DNA of 62,964 nt, filler included, from Octopus bimaculoides (taxonomy: Eukaryota): assembly GCF_001194135.2 (NCBI RefSeq). It is 4 parts of 3 records of this genome, joined end to end, with 100 filler letters (N's around TTAATTAATTAA, not from the genome) between each part and the next. Parts side by side here need not be neighbours in the genome. Positions count along the whole stretch, not along the records: positions 38,246 to 62,964 come from NC_068987.1; 3 more parts are not named here. One strand, written 5' to 3'. Positions 52,110 to 62,964 of the stretch are shown in pieces. The stretch's first letter is position 1. Each line of letters starts with the position of its first letter. Under the pieces are notes generated by a model that was not told where the DNA came from, made no database searches, and was given only the letters and a program-made list of their open reading frames with translations. The position numbers and the translations under genes are program-made.

Positions 52110-52625
52110 TTATTGTCATTTAGCGTCTGTTGTCCATGCTGGCATGGGTTGGACAGTTTGACCAGGGCTGGCAAGCTGGAAGGCTGCACCAGGCTTCAGT
52201 CTGTTTTGGCATAGTTTCCATGTCTGAATGCCCTTCCTAATGCCAACCACTCTGAGAGTGTAATGGGTGCTTTTACATGTCACTGGCACAGGTGCCATTT
52301 GCGTGACACCAGTATCTGGCACGACTGCAGTTTTACTTGGTTTAATGGATCTTCTTCTCAAACACAACATAATGCCAAAGATCTTGGTCATTGCTTCTGT
52401 GAGGCCTAATACTAGTAGCATCCCTGTACATGGCTTGTACAGCTCTCACCAACTACTCGTCTATCCTTAGTTTCCACATTGACCACCAGATAAGGGATCG
52501 GGGGACCCTGTCAGAGGCTTTCTCCAAGTCAACAAAAGCCAAGTACAGAGGTTTATCTTTGGCTGTGTATTCCTCCTGCAGCTGCCTTATCAGAAATATA
52601 GCATCAGTGGCACAAAGCCAGATAG
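52110..52625 (-). mobile_element. RTE LINE remnants (RT piece 52456-52610, ORF end and 3' tail), intronic
   Basis: Reverse complement matches 47665-47820 (AIFLIRQLQE...LAFVDLEKASDRVP) and the 3' end seen at 62850-62964. Confidence 0.85.
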
Positions 52626-52826
52626 CTCACTGTTCCCAGGGCTCTGACAATTATTGGTACTACTGCTACCTTTTTCATCGACCACAACTGCTTAACTTCC
52701 CAAGCTAACCTGTTATATCTATCGACTTTTCTTTCTTCCTTATCGCATACTTTGTTGTCAGCTGGGCATGCTATATATATGATCCAGCATTGTTTGTTTA
52801 TTATTATTATTATTATTATTATTATT

Positions 52827-53282
52827 GCAGTGAGCTGGCAGAATTGTTAGCACGTTGGATGAAATACTTAGCAGTATTTCGTCTGTCTTTATGTTCTGAG
52901 TTCAAATTCTGCCGAGGCTGACTTTGCCTTTGATCCTTTCGGAGTCAATAAATTAAGTACCAGTGAAAACACTGGGGTTGATGTAATCGACTAGTCCCCT
53001 CTTCCACTAAATTTCAGGCCTTGTGCCTTTAGTAGAAAGGGTTATTATTGTTATTATTATTAGGGTGGTGGTCATCTGGCAGAACTGTTAGTATGCTGGA
53101 CAAAAGGCTTAGTGGCATTTTGTCCATTTCTGTGTTCTGGGTTCAAATTCTACCAGGGTTGATTTTGCCTTTCATCCTTTCAGGGTGAATAAAACAAGTA
53201 CCAGTTGAGTACTGGGGGTTGATGTAATGAACTTAACCCCTCTCCCCCAAAACTGCTAGCCTCGTGTTTACAGTAGAAAAGA
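52827..53282 (+). mobile_element. Two tandem SINE family A copies (52827-53040, 53063-53282), intronic
   Basis: Each has a head (GAGCTGGCAGAATTGTTAG / TCTGGCAGAACTGTTAG), body and TAGTAGAAA-type tail, separated by (TTA)n. Confidence 0.85.
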
Positions 53283-53377
53283 TTATTGTTGTTATTGTTT
53301 TTAATGTTGTTTTACCCATCTTTTTATTTCATTATTTTTTTCTCTATTTTATTATTTATTTTTTTTTTTTTTTGCAG

Positions 53378-53454
53378 GATGTCAACATATAGCAGTGTCT
53401 GGATGGGTTCTTCTTTTCGGATTCGCCTACTTTTTACTACTACAAATTGCTTGA
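53378..53454 (+). CDS. Terminal coding exon (phase 1) encoding a GPI-signal-like hydrophobic C-terminus
   Basis: Long T-run then GCAG acceptor. Reads (G)CQHIAVSGWVLLFGFAYFLLLQIA* with TGA at 53452-53454. AATAAA lies downstream near 53791. Confidence 0.72.
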
Positions 53455-53570
53455 GATTAGTGCATAGATAACAATTTTCTACTAGTGTACACTACAATAT
53501 TTGCGTGCCATCTTTTTAGCCGCTTGGCCAGGAGTACGGAGACTGTGTATTAAATGCTAAAGGAAAAAGG

Positions 53571-53606
<36 letters not shown>

Positions 53607-56600
53607 GAACATCATAAAGAAGACAACTAGACGGAGCAAATTTTCCATTTTTGCTTAGTCAGCATAATTTTTTCATTTTTTTTTTTTTAAAACTTATTGT
53701 TATTTTTCTTACAGCACAGAGTAATGGCATTTATAAATTGTCCTTCTAGTTATCAACATTAAAATTTTACTCTTTAATAACAATATTGGAAATAAAAGTA
53801 TTTGAAGAAAATGGAAAACCTAAAACTTAATTTGAAACTTTAAACTCTTATGCCTCAATTTAACTAATATATTCAAAATCCAAGCTATAATAAGCCTTAT
53901 TCTGAGCCTTAAGTCTAATTGCCATTAAGATTTTCTTAACTTCTGTTAAGATTCTGTTTTAAATTTTAGAACCTTAATAAAGATGTAAGAATAATAATTG
54001 ATATAAAGCTAAACACTTTACTCTACATTCTCTCAAAGTTTTATGTCAGTTAATCTATTAAATGTTTTCTCCTTCCATCTACCTGTCTGTCTATCTTTCT
54101 CCATTTTTGCCATTTTCTCTTAGAAAGGATTTAGATATATAACCAGAAATATTTTAGCAAAGAAACAGGCTCACAATATGCAATTTCTACATCTACAAAC
54201 TAACATCTGTTTATACATTTTTTCTTGCTTTTTCTCTTTGCACATCTCACATGGTATTTTAGCATGGTAAATCTGATATTATAGATATTTGGCATGTCAG
54301 CTTCTTTTGGGGAGAGGAGTTGCCAGTACATAGCAAAATGCCTATTGTATCTGTGAAACACACAAATTATAATTAGAGGAAATAAATACATTGATAAAAT
54401 CTGTACATAATGAGAATTCCAAGTCTTATTGCAGAAGGAGTCATATACTATGAAATTAAAATCACTGTTTAAATTCAATATTAAATTCTTAAGTAAAAAA
54501 GGAAACATTCTAAATGATGGTAAGGTCCACATTTTCCTTATCAAATGAAATAAACTTTTGTTATAACAAGTTTAAATAATTTTCAAAAGAATGAAATATT
54601 AGGATGAAGGATTTTTTTCTTTATTTATACATTAAAATCTTGCTAGGGTCAATTTTGACTTTTTTAATCCTTCTGTAGTTGATAAAGTGCTAGTCAAGAA
54701 CTGGAGTAGATCTACTCAACCATATGTTTCCTCTAAAGTCCTGTGTTTATGTTAGCAACTAATTATAAATTTTCTCTATGAATTTTAGTAAAATATTATA
54801 TGACTCTATCTGTAAATGATTAAAGTAAGTGGATTTTAACAAGTAAATGTTTATAAAAACAATCTACTCTGGTAGACGTATCTCTGTTTCAGTAAAAAAT
54901 GATTAAGGCAAGGGAAGTAATGTGCCTTGCCTAAGAGTACAGCTTAACGTTTATTAGTTGACTTTGAATTCTTGACCCTGCATCAGTAACCAGGTTTGAT
55001 AATCAATTTAGTCTTTAAATATAAAATAAATATTTTGTATTTAAAACAGCAATATAATGACTTGTGGCCATTTAATTAATTCATTATACATTGATGTATT
55101 GGAACTTGAAAGATTATCTGCTTCGGTGATCTCCCAGTTTGTAGTTTATCTACCTTTATCATTGAGCTACTGTTGATAGCAATAAAAATTAAAGTGCATC
55201 TGATCTCAAAAGATTCATTAGAAAAAAATTAGGAACAGAATAAATTCCATAACCACCATTAAAATTAAAAACAACTGTAATTAGGTGGTGCAACTCTGTT
55301 AGACATCATTTGAGTCACTCAGTGACTGCAACTTATACAAATCTAGAATGATATTTCATCACTGACTAATATTATGATACTGTGTAATGTTATAAAAAAT
55401 AATCTCTGACATGTTGTAAACTGATATGTTATTAATTACTGCAATAGGCTGAATTAAACCTCTTGGATTATTAATAATCTTAAAATGAAACATAAACCCT
55501 ATCAACATCTAATCTAAATAGTGATCTTCTTCACTTTTGGTAAAAAATAGTATTTCAGATATTACACTTATTTCTAAATAAAATTATTTAAAAATCGAAA
55601 TCTTTTCTCAACTTTTCAATAGATATTTAGAAGATTAAGCAGGACTGAAGTTTACATGGTTACGTTGCTGTATTTTAACACCAATAACTGCCTTCAAAAT
55701 AAAATTCTATTTCTTCTCTTCCCAAATCTTAGTTTACTATTTCAGTAACAATTGACTAAAACTGAAGAATATATTCTCTAATTGTATGAAAATTATTCTA
55801 ATTGCCAATTATTTTCCCTCAACTGGAACCTCAGTTCAAACTAAATGCAAAGTAAGTCTTGGAGAAATATTACAAGTTAACATAATATGTTATGTGTGTT
55901 ACCAATAATATTGCAGTACCTTGCCCTATATATATCAACCAATGTTTTATTACCCTGCTATAATATCAATCTCACTCACTAGTGACCTGCATGTTCACTG
56001 GTGACAGGCACATTCTCTTTTAGCCTTATGAAAATCCTACAAGCAATTCATTAGATTTATTACTCAAATCATTACATCAGTGTCCTTTTACAGTTGTGAT
56101 ATTTTACCTTAGTAGTTGGTCACTTCTAGACCAACTATTTTTTTTCTTTTTTTAAAATTTTTGTAAATGAAAATTCTCAGGACTCATTTGAAATTTCACA
56201 GGTGCAGGAAAGTGACCGTGGTTAAGTTAAAGTTAGGTAAAACTAACTGTCAAAGTAGTTATCAATTCATCCCCAAATAACTTAATCAATAAATCCTGTT
56301 TTGTAAGAGAGAGCTCAACAAATTGGTTGTTGTTCTTCTTATTTGAATTCTGTGATCACTTTTTGGAAGAGCAATACGAATATTGTCAACTGTTGGAAAA
56401 TATTTCCAAAACAACCTAATGCAATAACCTGATTTTAGTTCAGAAGGAATATTTTATGAACCTATGAAAGAACAAAGAACAAGAAATGTTATGACTTTGC
56501 CTGTATGATATTGACTATAAGTTATTTCTATCAAATAGATGTTAACAAGTAAATCTTTGTAAAAGCAAACAGTTTTCTTTGGTTGGAGCGTATCAATATT

Positions 56601-57119
56601 TCTGTAAAGATAATTAAGGCAAGATCATATATCATTACATATGATATTTTAATTAAAATAAATGAAAGAATAAAAATATAATCTAACTGAAATATAGTTA
56701 ATTTATTATTCTTCGTAATGCAAGATTTTAACCCAGTTTTCTGCTGTGGTATCTTTCAACGTTTTGGTTATAATTTTTTTTAAAGTGAAAGAAATCTGTT
56801 ATGAAGCTAAGAACAAAAAAAAAAAAAAAATCTAGAAATCTTTAAAAAGCTGCTGGCACAAGAATGGGAAGTCATTACTTTAGTATTAGTTAATTTTAAG
56901 AACATTTAACCTCTAGCAATATTTTTTCTTTCTTTTTCTTTTAAATTAAATAATAATTTCTAATTGAACTTTCTGAAAAAAATGGCCTCATCCTATAAAA
57001 TGCAATTATTGCTTGCTTTTGGTGTTATATTTGTTGTTGCAGTACAGTTTGTACATGAAAGTGTGTGTATGTGTATGTATGTGTGTGTGGGCATGCATTT
57101 TTAAATATTTTCTTGATAG

Positions 57120-57197
57120 ATGTTATGAAAAATGCATGACAGATTTGTGAAGCAGAATTTTATACCAACTTCTTATATGGACATGTGTATACAAGTT
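57120..57197 (+). other. Candidate exon (possible ATG at 57132, phase-0 end)
   Basis: TTTTCTTGATAG acceptor and GTT|GTAAGT donor. Would read MHDRFVKQNFIPTSYMDMCIQV. Confidence 0.25.
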
Positions 57198-58421
57198 GTA
57201 AGTTATTGTTTGGGGGAATGAAAGCAAAAAGTTAATCTAGAAGCTAGTCTGATCACAGAAATCTCTCTTCTAAGTAAGTATATCATTACCTGATGAAATT
57301 TCTAATGCACCAAGTTGAACAACACGTTTCTCTACTCACCTCGCTCAAGACTTTGAGATATTGACTTCCTAGTCTCTGGCTTGACCTTCACACACTGCCA
57401 TTTGTATGAACCAGTGACTCAACTGAGTTATCCATAACATCTGCTTTGGTAACAGCAATGATATGTTCAATATTTAGACATATCTGACTTTGCTTGCTCA
57501 CAACTAATGTTTGTTTAAATAGCTTAAACCTTCTCACTAGAAATCTAATGTGCCACATGGGGGAACAATGAAATACAATATTTCAAATATTTTACTTCCT
57601 TCTCTTTCGCTCTCCCCTATTATTCTAAACAATTCCTTTATTTCTGTTTATCATCTTTATATACAGATTGCCTTTTTATAACCAATTATTATTATTTTTA
57701 TTATTATTAATTAATAATAATGTATGAAACTAAACAAGGGTTATGAAATAAGAGTTACATTAACCTAATGGAAAACCCTCATATTGTGGCAGATTAATGT
57801 AGCAAACCGTCCTAATTCATACCTTTTTTGTTATAATCGTTGGTCTAAGAAACTAATTTTGGTGGTTTCAGTACAAATGGTTAGCATTTTGTACAGTGCT
57901 TAGAGGAAACTGTTTAATTATCTTTGTTCATCCAGTAATTAATATCGTTAACAGCAGATATCTTCAACGGTAGATGTTTCTTGTAAGGAAAAGATCAAGA
58001 TCGACAACTTAATGTCTAGGCTGAATCATCTGTCCTTATCTTTACCATCAAGTACAACATCTTTTTGCATATTTTCAAAATAATGTCACATTCATGAGAT
58101 TGGATGTCTATGACAATTCATATCTATTAATATAAAGATCTGACAGTAAACTACTGTCAGATTGGGTGAGGGCTTAGTTTTCCTCACAACTAAAGGTTGT
58201 GCAAGTTTGTCAACGAATATAAGAATATAGTTACACTTGTAAAATGTTTTAACAACAAAAATACTGCTGTGTGTTGTTTACTTGATTGAACTAAGAACTG
58301 TATGTACTCTTAAAGAATGAATAGTGATTGAATGACTACCAAAAAAAACCCTTTGTGATTAGAACTTAGACACTGAAGTCACCATTTTTTTCTTTTTAAA
58401 CTTTTGTTCTGTTATCTACAG

Positions 58422-58461
58422 AAGTCCATGGTTGTAGTAGAGTACAATATCAAAACTGAAA
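58422..58461 (+). other. Candidate 40-bp exon
   Basis: Strong pyrimidine tract and CTACAG acceptor, AAA|GTAAGT donor. Only the phase-0 frame is open (KSMVVVEYNIKTE). Confidence 0.4.
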
Positions 58462-58522
58462 GTAAGTTGTTTATTGCATTTTTTTGTTTGTTTTTGATCT
58501 TACCATTGTTTTGTTTTGTCAG

Positions 58523-58614
58523 GGAAATGTATGAAAGCAGAAACAAAGCTAGAAGCTGTTGAATATACAATAGTTGAGAGTATATCAATGAATTGTCTAT
58601 GTCCATACCAGTGA
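58523..58614 (+). other. Candidate exon after a 61-bp intron
   Basis: TTTTGTTTTGTCAG acceptor. Phase-1 frame reads (R)KCMKAETKLEAVEYTIVESISMNCLCPYQ*. Confidence 0.3.
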
Positions 58615-59449
58615 TTGTTAAGTCAATGCAATTCCAGTCAATAGAAAACGTTAACAATTTGCTCTTTTGGAAGCACTTTATACAAAGTACTTTTTCCCCC
58701 CTCTTTATCATAATATTCTTCCACATGTGTTGATGGTGAAATAACAACAATCAATCAATAATGCTAGTTTTTTTGTTGTTGTTTTTTTTTTTAAATTTTT
58801 CTCATGTACTTTCACAGTTTTATTTACAAATAAATTTTGAAAATTAATTTCCCTTTTGTTATTTCTATAATGAATAATTAATATTATTCTAATTTGTTCT
58901 TGCAAGATGTTCTTCAAAGTATGCAGTAAGGTTAATAAAGTTAAAATATTTCAAATTATTTTGTCATCATACCTAAAATGATTAAATTGTCGAACAATAA
59001 ACATTTAACAATTTTTATGTGCACATGATAATTTTTCCATTATAGTGTGTGTGTGTGTGTGTGTGTGAAAGAGAGAAATTGCTAATCTTCATACTTAAGC
59101 TGCAGACATGTCTTTCATGGAAGACTGGGAACAAGCAACATGATTTGTATGATGATAAAATTCATTTAAAATCATCTCATGATGTGATTTTATATGGGAT
59201 TTTGTGAACAGTAACACCATTGGTTGCAGGTTTCTAGTGGACGTATCTCTGAGTTACTGCATTTCTCTTGATAAATTCAAAGTAATGTTTGTAACTCAGG
59301 GCAAAAAGACTCTGTAGTGTTGAAGAGAAACGTCCCAATTCAGGCGGTGGAATGCATTGATGTGCATGAATGGCAAGTAGTTGTGATAAAGAAGTTACCA
59401 ACGGTTGTGATAAATGCAGAATCAGCTTTGATTTGATAGTTTGGGTTTA

Positions 59450-60060
59450 GAGGAGGTGTCTGTGTGTCTGTTAAAGATGCATGCAGGTTATGAAAGTAGC
59501 TTTCTTTGTGAGTTGAGGGTGGAAAAAATTATTTCTGAACTGATGGTACCAGCTTGTGGGAGAGGTAAGAAGGATTAAAAGAATGGAAATCACCAAGGAT
59601 GATGACTTGTGAGAAAGATGTCCTTGAAGCAGCAAAGGATATGGTGAAAAAGTTGTCGGTTTGAGAAGTTTGGAGAATGGTAAAAGAAACATATGTTTGA
59701 AGGAGTTGAAGAGGGAAAATGAATCGGAGTAACTGGAAGATTTTGTTAAAAGAGGAGAATGGTAGAGAGGAAGAAATTGATACATGTACAAGGATCAGTT
59801 TTTGGAGAGAAGTTTAAATAAAGAGCGTAACCTGGAAGACAAAGAATGAGCTATAGAAAAGGGATTGAAAGAAGATTGATGTCTCAGACAGAAATAGGAT
59901 GTGTGGTTTGTATGTAAGAAGTGAGCTGCTGTTAGGGGTCTAAATTAGAGTTTATGTTTATAAATGTTAGAGAGGTGGGAAATTATCTGGCAGGTTTAGC
60001 TTTAGTTTTTGGCATTTAGGGAAGTGTAGAGGGTCTCAGCTCATCACCTTCTATGGAGAG
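59450..60060 (-). mobile_element. Highly decayed LINE AP-endonuclease region (L2/CR1-group-like)
   Basis: Minus frame SQVIILGDFHSFN (GDFN motif) near 59580-59612, with SLTFINIKL upstream resembling the EN N-terminal strand. Confidence 0.45.
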
Positions 60061-60146
60061 CCTGGTTCTGATGCTTACAACAAATATATCTTTGCTAAAG
60101 ATATCCATGGGCTTATTTGTGTGATGTTACATTAAGAATTATAATG

Positions 60147-60520
60147 TGACCGTAGTCATGGCTGATGGCTGTGCCATCTGACTGGCACCTGTGCTGGTGG
60201 CACGTAAAAAGCACCATTCTAGTGTTGGGTTTCATGGAGACAGTGACAGGTGACCAAGACCTTTGGCAATATGCCATGCTTGTGTTGACCTATCAAGCCA
60301 AGTGAGACCATAGTCATAGCCGATGTCAGTGTCAGGTCAATGGCACAGAAAATGCACTCACTACACTCTCAGAGTATTTGGCGTTAGGAAGGGCATCCAC
60401 CTGTAGAAACGTTGCCAAATCAGATTGGAACCTGGTGCAGTCCCCTTCCCCCCGGCTTACCAGTTTTCAGTGAAACTGTCCAATCCATGCCAGCATGGAA
60501 AGCGGATGTTAAATGATGAT
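60147..60520 (+). mobile_element. RTE-type 3' tail(s)
   Basis: GGTGGCACGTAAAAAGCACC...GGCGTTAGGAAGGGCATCC...CATGCCAGCATGGAAAGCGGATGTTAAATGATGAT. Confidence 0.8.
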
Positions 60521-60663
60521 ATCATTCGAGGATAACTGGCAAGACTCTCTCTACTCTATAAAATAGAGATACACTGGATAGAAGATGGCCTAGAGTCAAA
60601 CAACATGTATACACACCTACGCATGTATTGCGGCTGCCAATACATGGACCTGTTGCTTTACTA

Positions 60664-61038
60664 CAGGGTGATTCAAAAGTCGCCATACATAGGAACAATT
60701 TATCTTTTTATAAGAAACAGTTTATAAGAACAGTTTCTTTTCTGTTATTTAACAAGCTCTATGTGGTTACCATTGATTGAATACACATTGCAATACGTTT
60801 ACCCCACTCATTGTGAACTCGTAATAGCACATCTGGTGATATGTGTGCAAAGGCGTTGGTGATGCGTTCCTTCAAATGATTTATGTCTTTTATCTTTCCG
60901 TGATAAACCATGCCTTTCAAATGCCCCCAAAGATAGAAATCAAGAGGGGTCAGATCAGGGGATCCAGGGGATCTTATAAACTGTTTCTTATTAAAAAAAT
61001 ACATTTTTCCTACGTATGGAGACTTTTGAATCCCCCTG
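60664..61038 (-). mobile_element. Complete internally deleted Tc1/mariner-superfamily element (maT/rosa-like motif) with TIRs and TA TSD
   Basis: 25-bp TIRs CAGGGTGATTCAAAAGTCGCCATAC / CAGGGGGATTCAAAAGTCTCCATAC, TA on both sides, internal SPDLTPLDFYLWGHLKGMVY. Confidence 0.9.
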
Positions 61039-61207
61039 TATTATATGATTCTTATTTCCTATGAAAATTGATTAATATTTATGATATGTTTTCACAGAAA
61101 TTCTTTCTGGAAGAGAATTTATTGCACACTAATCAAATATATATCAACTTTATATGTTAATGCTTTTTAATCCTGTTAAAGCATTTCTAAATTTTAATTA
61201 ATGAGAA

Positions 61208-61420
61208 ATGGAAGTCATTAAATTAATTTCTGTTAATGAGTCCAAAGAAGACAGTAGCAATGAGCTTTTCACACTCTTCCAGACTGGTTCTATTGATCTG
61301 GTTGATGCCCAGCCTAAATATCTGCAGATCAATGTCAGTAGGAAAATGTGGCTGGAGAGGGAAGCAGAAATCTTACTTGAAATTCTTGCAGCAGTGAGCT
61401 TTGCTAAAACCACTGCAGAA
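61208..61420 (+). CDS. Candidate first coding exon of an unidentified gene (exon possibly 61098-61420)
   Basis: ATG-initiated, non-repetitive 71 codons MEVIKLISVNESKEDSSNELFTLFQTGSIDLVDAQPKYLQINVSRKMWLEREAEILLEILAAVSFAKTTAE ending exactly at an in-frame GAA|GTAAGT donor. TTTTCACAG acceptor at 61097. Confidence 0.5.
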
Positions 61421-61534
61421 GTAAGTCATGACATTCAGCCAATCAACACACCAATTATTTGATAAAATATGTTAAGAACAACTCTTTCACATACTTATTG
61501 CACAAATGTATATTAAAATTAAAATTTTAATCTT

Positions 61535-61780
61535 CATGTCATCATTTTCATTTGATAACCACTTTTCCATACTTGCATAGGGAAAGATTTTCCATCAGTG
61601 GATGCTCTGCCGGTTGCCAGCCCTCACTTCTTTTCAGGCAAGGAAATATTTCCCCATGGCCTGATATATTTTTCACGGAAGACTGGAAACAAGGAAACGT
61701 AATTTGGAGGATGATGATGATGATGATGTCCATTTAAAACCATCACATGATGTCTAGACAAGGGTACACACCAATACACA
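61535..61780 (-). mobile_element. RTE-associated tail variant, degenerate
   Basis: Similar to ~48040-48200 and ~39850-39960 (CATGATGTCTAGACAAGG; GGAAATATTTCCCCATGGCC). Confidence 0.6.
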
Positions 61781-61801
61781 CACACAATTACCTTCTTCCA
61801 G

Positions 61802-62040
61802 TTTCTTATTTCTTTATTGCCCACAAGGGGTTATACACAGAGGAGACAAACAAGGACAGACAAAGGGATTAAGTCGATTTCATCGACCCCCAGTGCGTAA
61901 CTGGTATCTAATTTATCGACCCCGACGGGATGAATGGCAAAGTCGACCTCGGCGGAATTTGAACTCAGAACGTAGCGGCAGACGAAATACCGCTAAGCAT
62001 TTCACCCGGTGTGCTAACGTTTCTGCCAGCTCGTCGCCTT
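61802..62040 (-). mobile_element. SINE family A, alternative tail, full length and young
   Basis: Intact head AAGGCGACGAGCTGGCAGAAACGTTAGC through GGGCAATAAAGAAATAAGAAAC, with CpGs retained. Confidence 0.92.
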
Positions 62041-62616
62041 TCCAGTTTCTTCCAGTTTCTGCCTACCAAATCCCCTCACAGTTGTGCATAAGTTTGTAGT
62101 GGTGAGATAAGTTTCATTAGTCATTGGGTTATATTTTATGTAAATATGCCTAGGTCAAGTCTTTAAGCCATTGGAAGATTTACATTCATCAAGACAATGT
62201 AAAGGAACTCTTGTTAATTTTAGGCAGCTGTTGCTTACAGCAGCAAGTTCTTCTTGACAGCCAGATAGTCAATCATTTCAGAGTTTGCTCACTTGCTGCA
62301 TACACAATGCAGCATTGGTAACTGAACATAAAGCATAACCTTTCAAGTAGTTGTTACATGACTGACTGAGCTGTCTGCGATTTTAATCACTGACATTCCT
62401 TTATGGCAATCAGACAATACCAAGGCAAGAAGACAAACATACACACACTTACATAAATATACATACATACATGTATATATATTAGAAGGTTGTTTGTTAG
62501 GGACAATCAGAGAGTGACCATGGTGTCACATCTATAAAGTGCTTAGCTGTATGGGTGACTCATCAAACTGAAATGGCTGGAGGCACATAACCTCTCTCTC
62601 TCTCTCTCTCTCTCTA

Positions 62617-62964
62617 ATGTCAATGTGAATACTCGTCAGAGTGTAAGTATCTTGAGAGAAAAGCTGAACATTAGAAGCATCAGTTGTGGTGTGCAAGAGA
62701 GACGATTGCGCTGGTATGGACATGTGGTGAGAATGGATGAGGATAGCTGCCTGAAAAAGTGCCACACCCTAACAGTTGAGGGAACCCGTGGAAGAGGTAG
62801 GCCCAGGAAGACCTGGGCTGAGGTGGTGAGGCAAGACCTTCGTACATTGGGCCTCACCGAGGCGATGACTACTGACCGAGACCTTTGGAAATGTGCTGTG
62901 CGTGAGAAGACCCGGCAAGCCAAGTAAGATCGTTGCCAGTGCCCCTGGACTGGCTCTTGTGTGG
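62617..62964 (+). mobile_element. RTE-clade LINE ORF2 C-terminus and start of 3'UTR, 5'-truncated
   Basis: LREKLNIRSISCGVQERRLRWYGHVVRM...GTRGRGRPRKTWAEVVRQDL...DRDLWKCAV, stop at 62925-62927. Confidence 0.92.

Noticed and set aside
53549-53605. ATTAAA followed by a 35-nt genomic A-run, suggesting a retrocopy
   Set aside because: The upstream gene retains introns and no TSD is evident. It is most likely a homopolymer, and a source of internal oligo-dT priming.
57290-57558. Minus-strand frame open except for one TGA (possible selenoprotein)
   Set aside because: No redox motif, no SECIS identified and no acceptor. Chance in AT-rich DNA is more likely.
58412-58750. 112-aa minus-strand ORF (also 54200-54544 and the Thr-rich 46883-47098)
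   Set aside because: No recognisable motif or consistent splice phase chain. For the 58.4-kb ORF the plus-strand splice signals are stronger.

Overview
AT-rich eukaryotic genomic DNA, most likely an octopod cephalopod (Octopus-like; inferred from the SINE families, microsatellite load and mariner types, not proven). It contains many N-gaps and three artificial 100-bp scaffold spacers (44N-TTAATTAATTAA-44N). There are no prokaryotic genes, rRNA, true tRNA genes or CRISPR. Most of the window is microsatellite, tRNA-derived SINEs and decayed mobile elements: a Helentron/Helitron2 derivative with an endonuclease remnant, L1-Tx1, RTE, Dong/R4 and L2-like LINE fragments, Tc1/mariner relics and MITEs. 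One host gene is well supported on + by three phase-compatible exons (50175-50310, 51868-52007, 53378-53454). It encodes a small Cys-rich, probably secreted and GPI-anchored protein whose start exon I could not find. Weaker exon candidates lie at 57.1-58.6 kb and 61.1-61.4 kb. The most interesting system is a repeat tail carrying a minimal type I hammerhead ribozyme (intact at 29876-29921). It occurs as subfamily-matched inverted pairs that bracket different cargo: a tRNA-derived Pol III head at 17.2-17.7 kb and a Dong LINE 3' fragment at 29.0-30.0 kb. This resembles a Penelope-dependent, retrozyme-like non-autonomous element. Repeat boundaries are by eye and may be off by roughly 10-30 bp.
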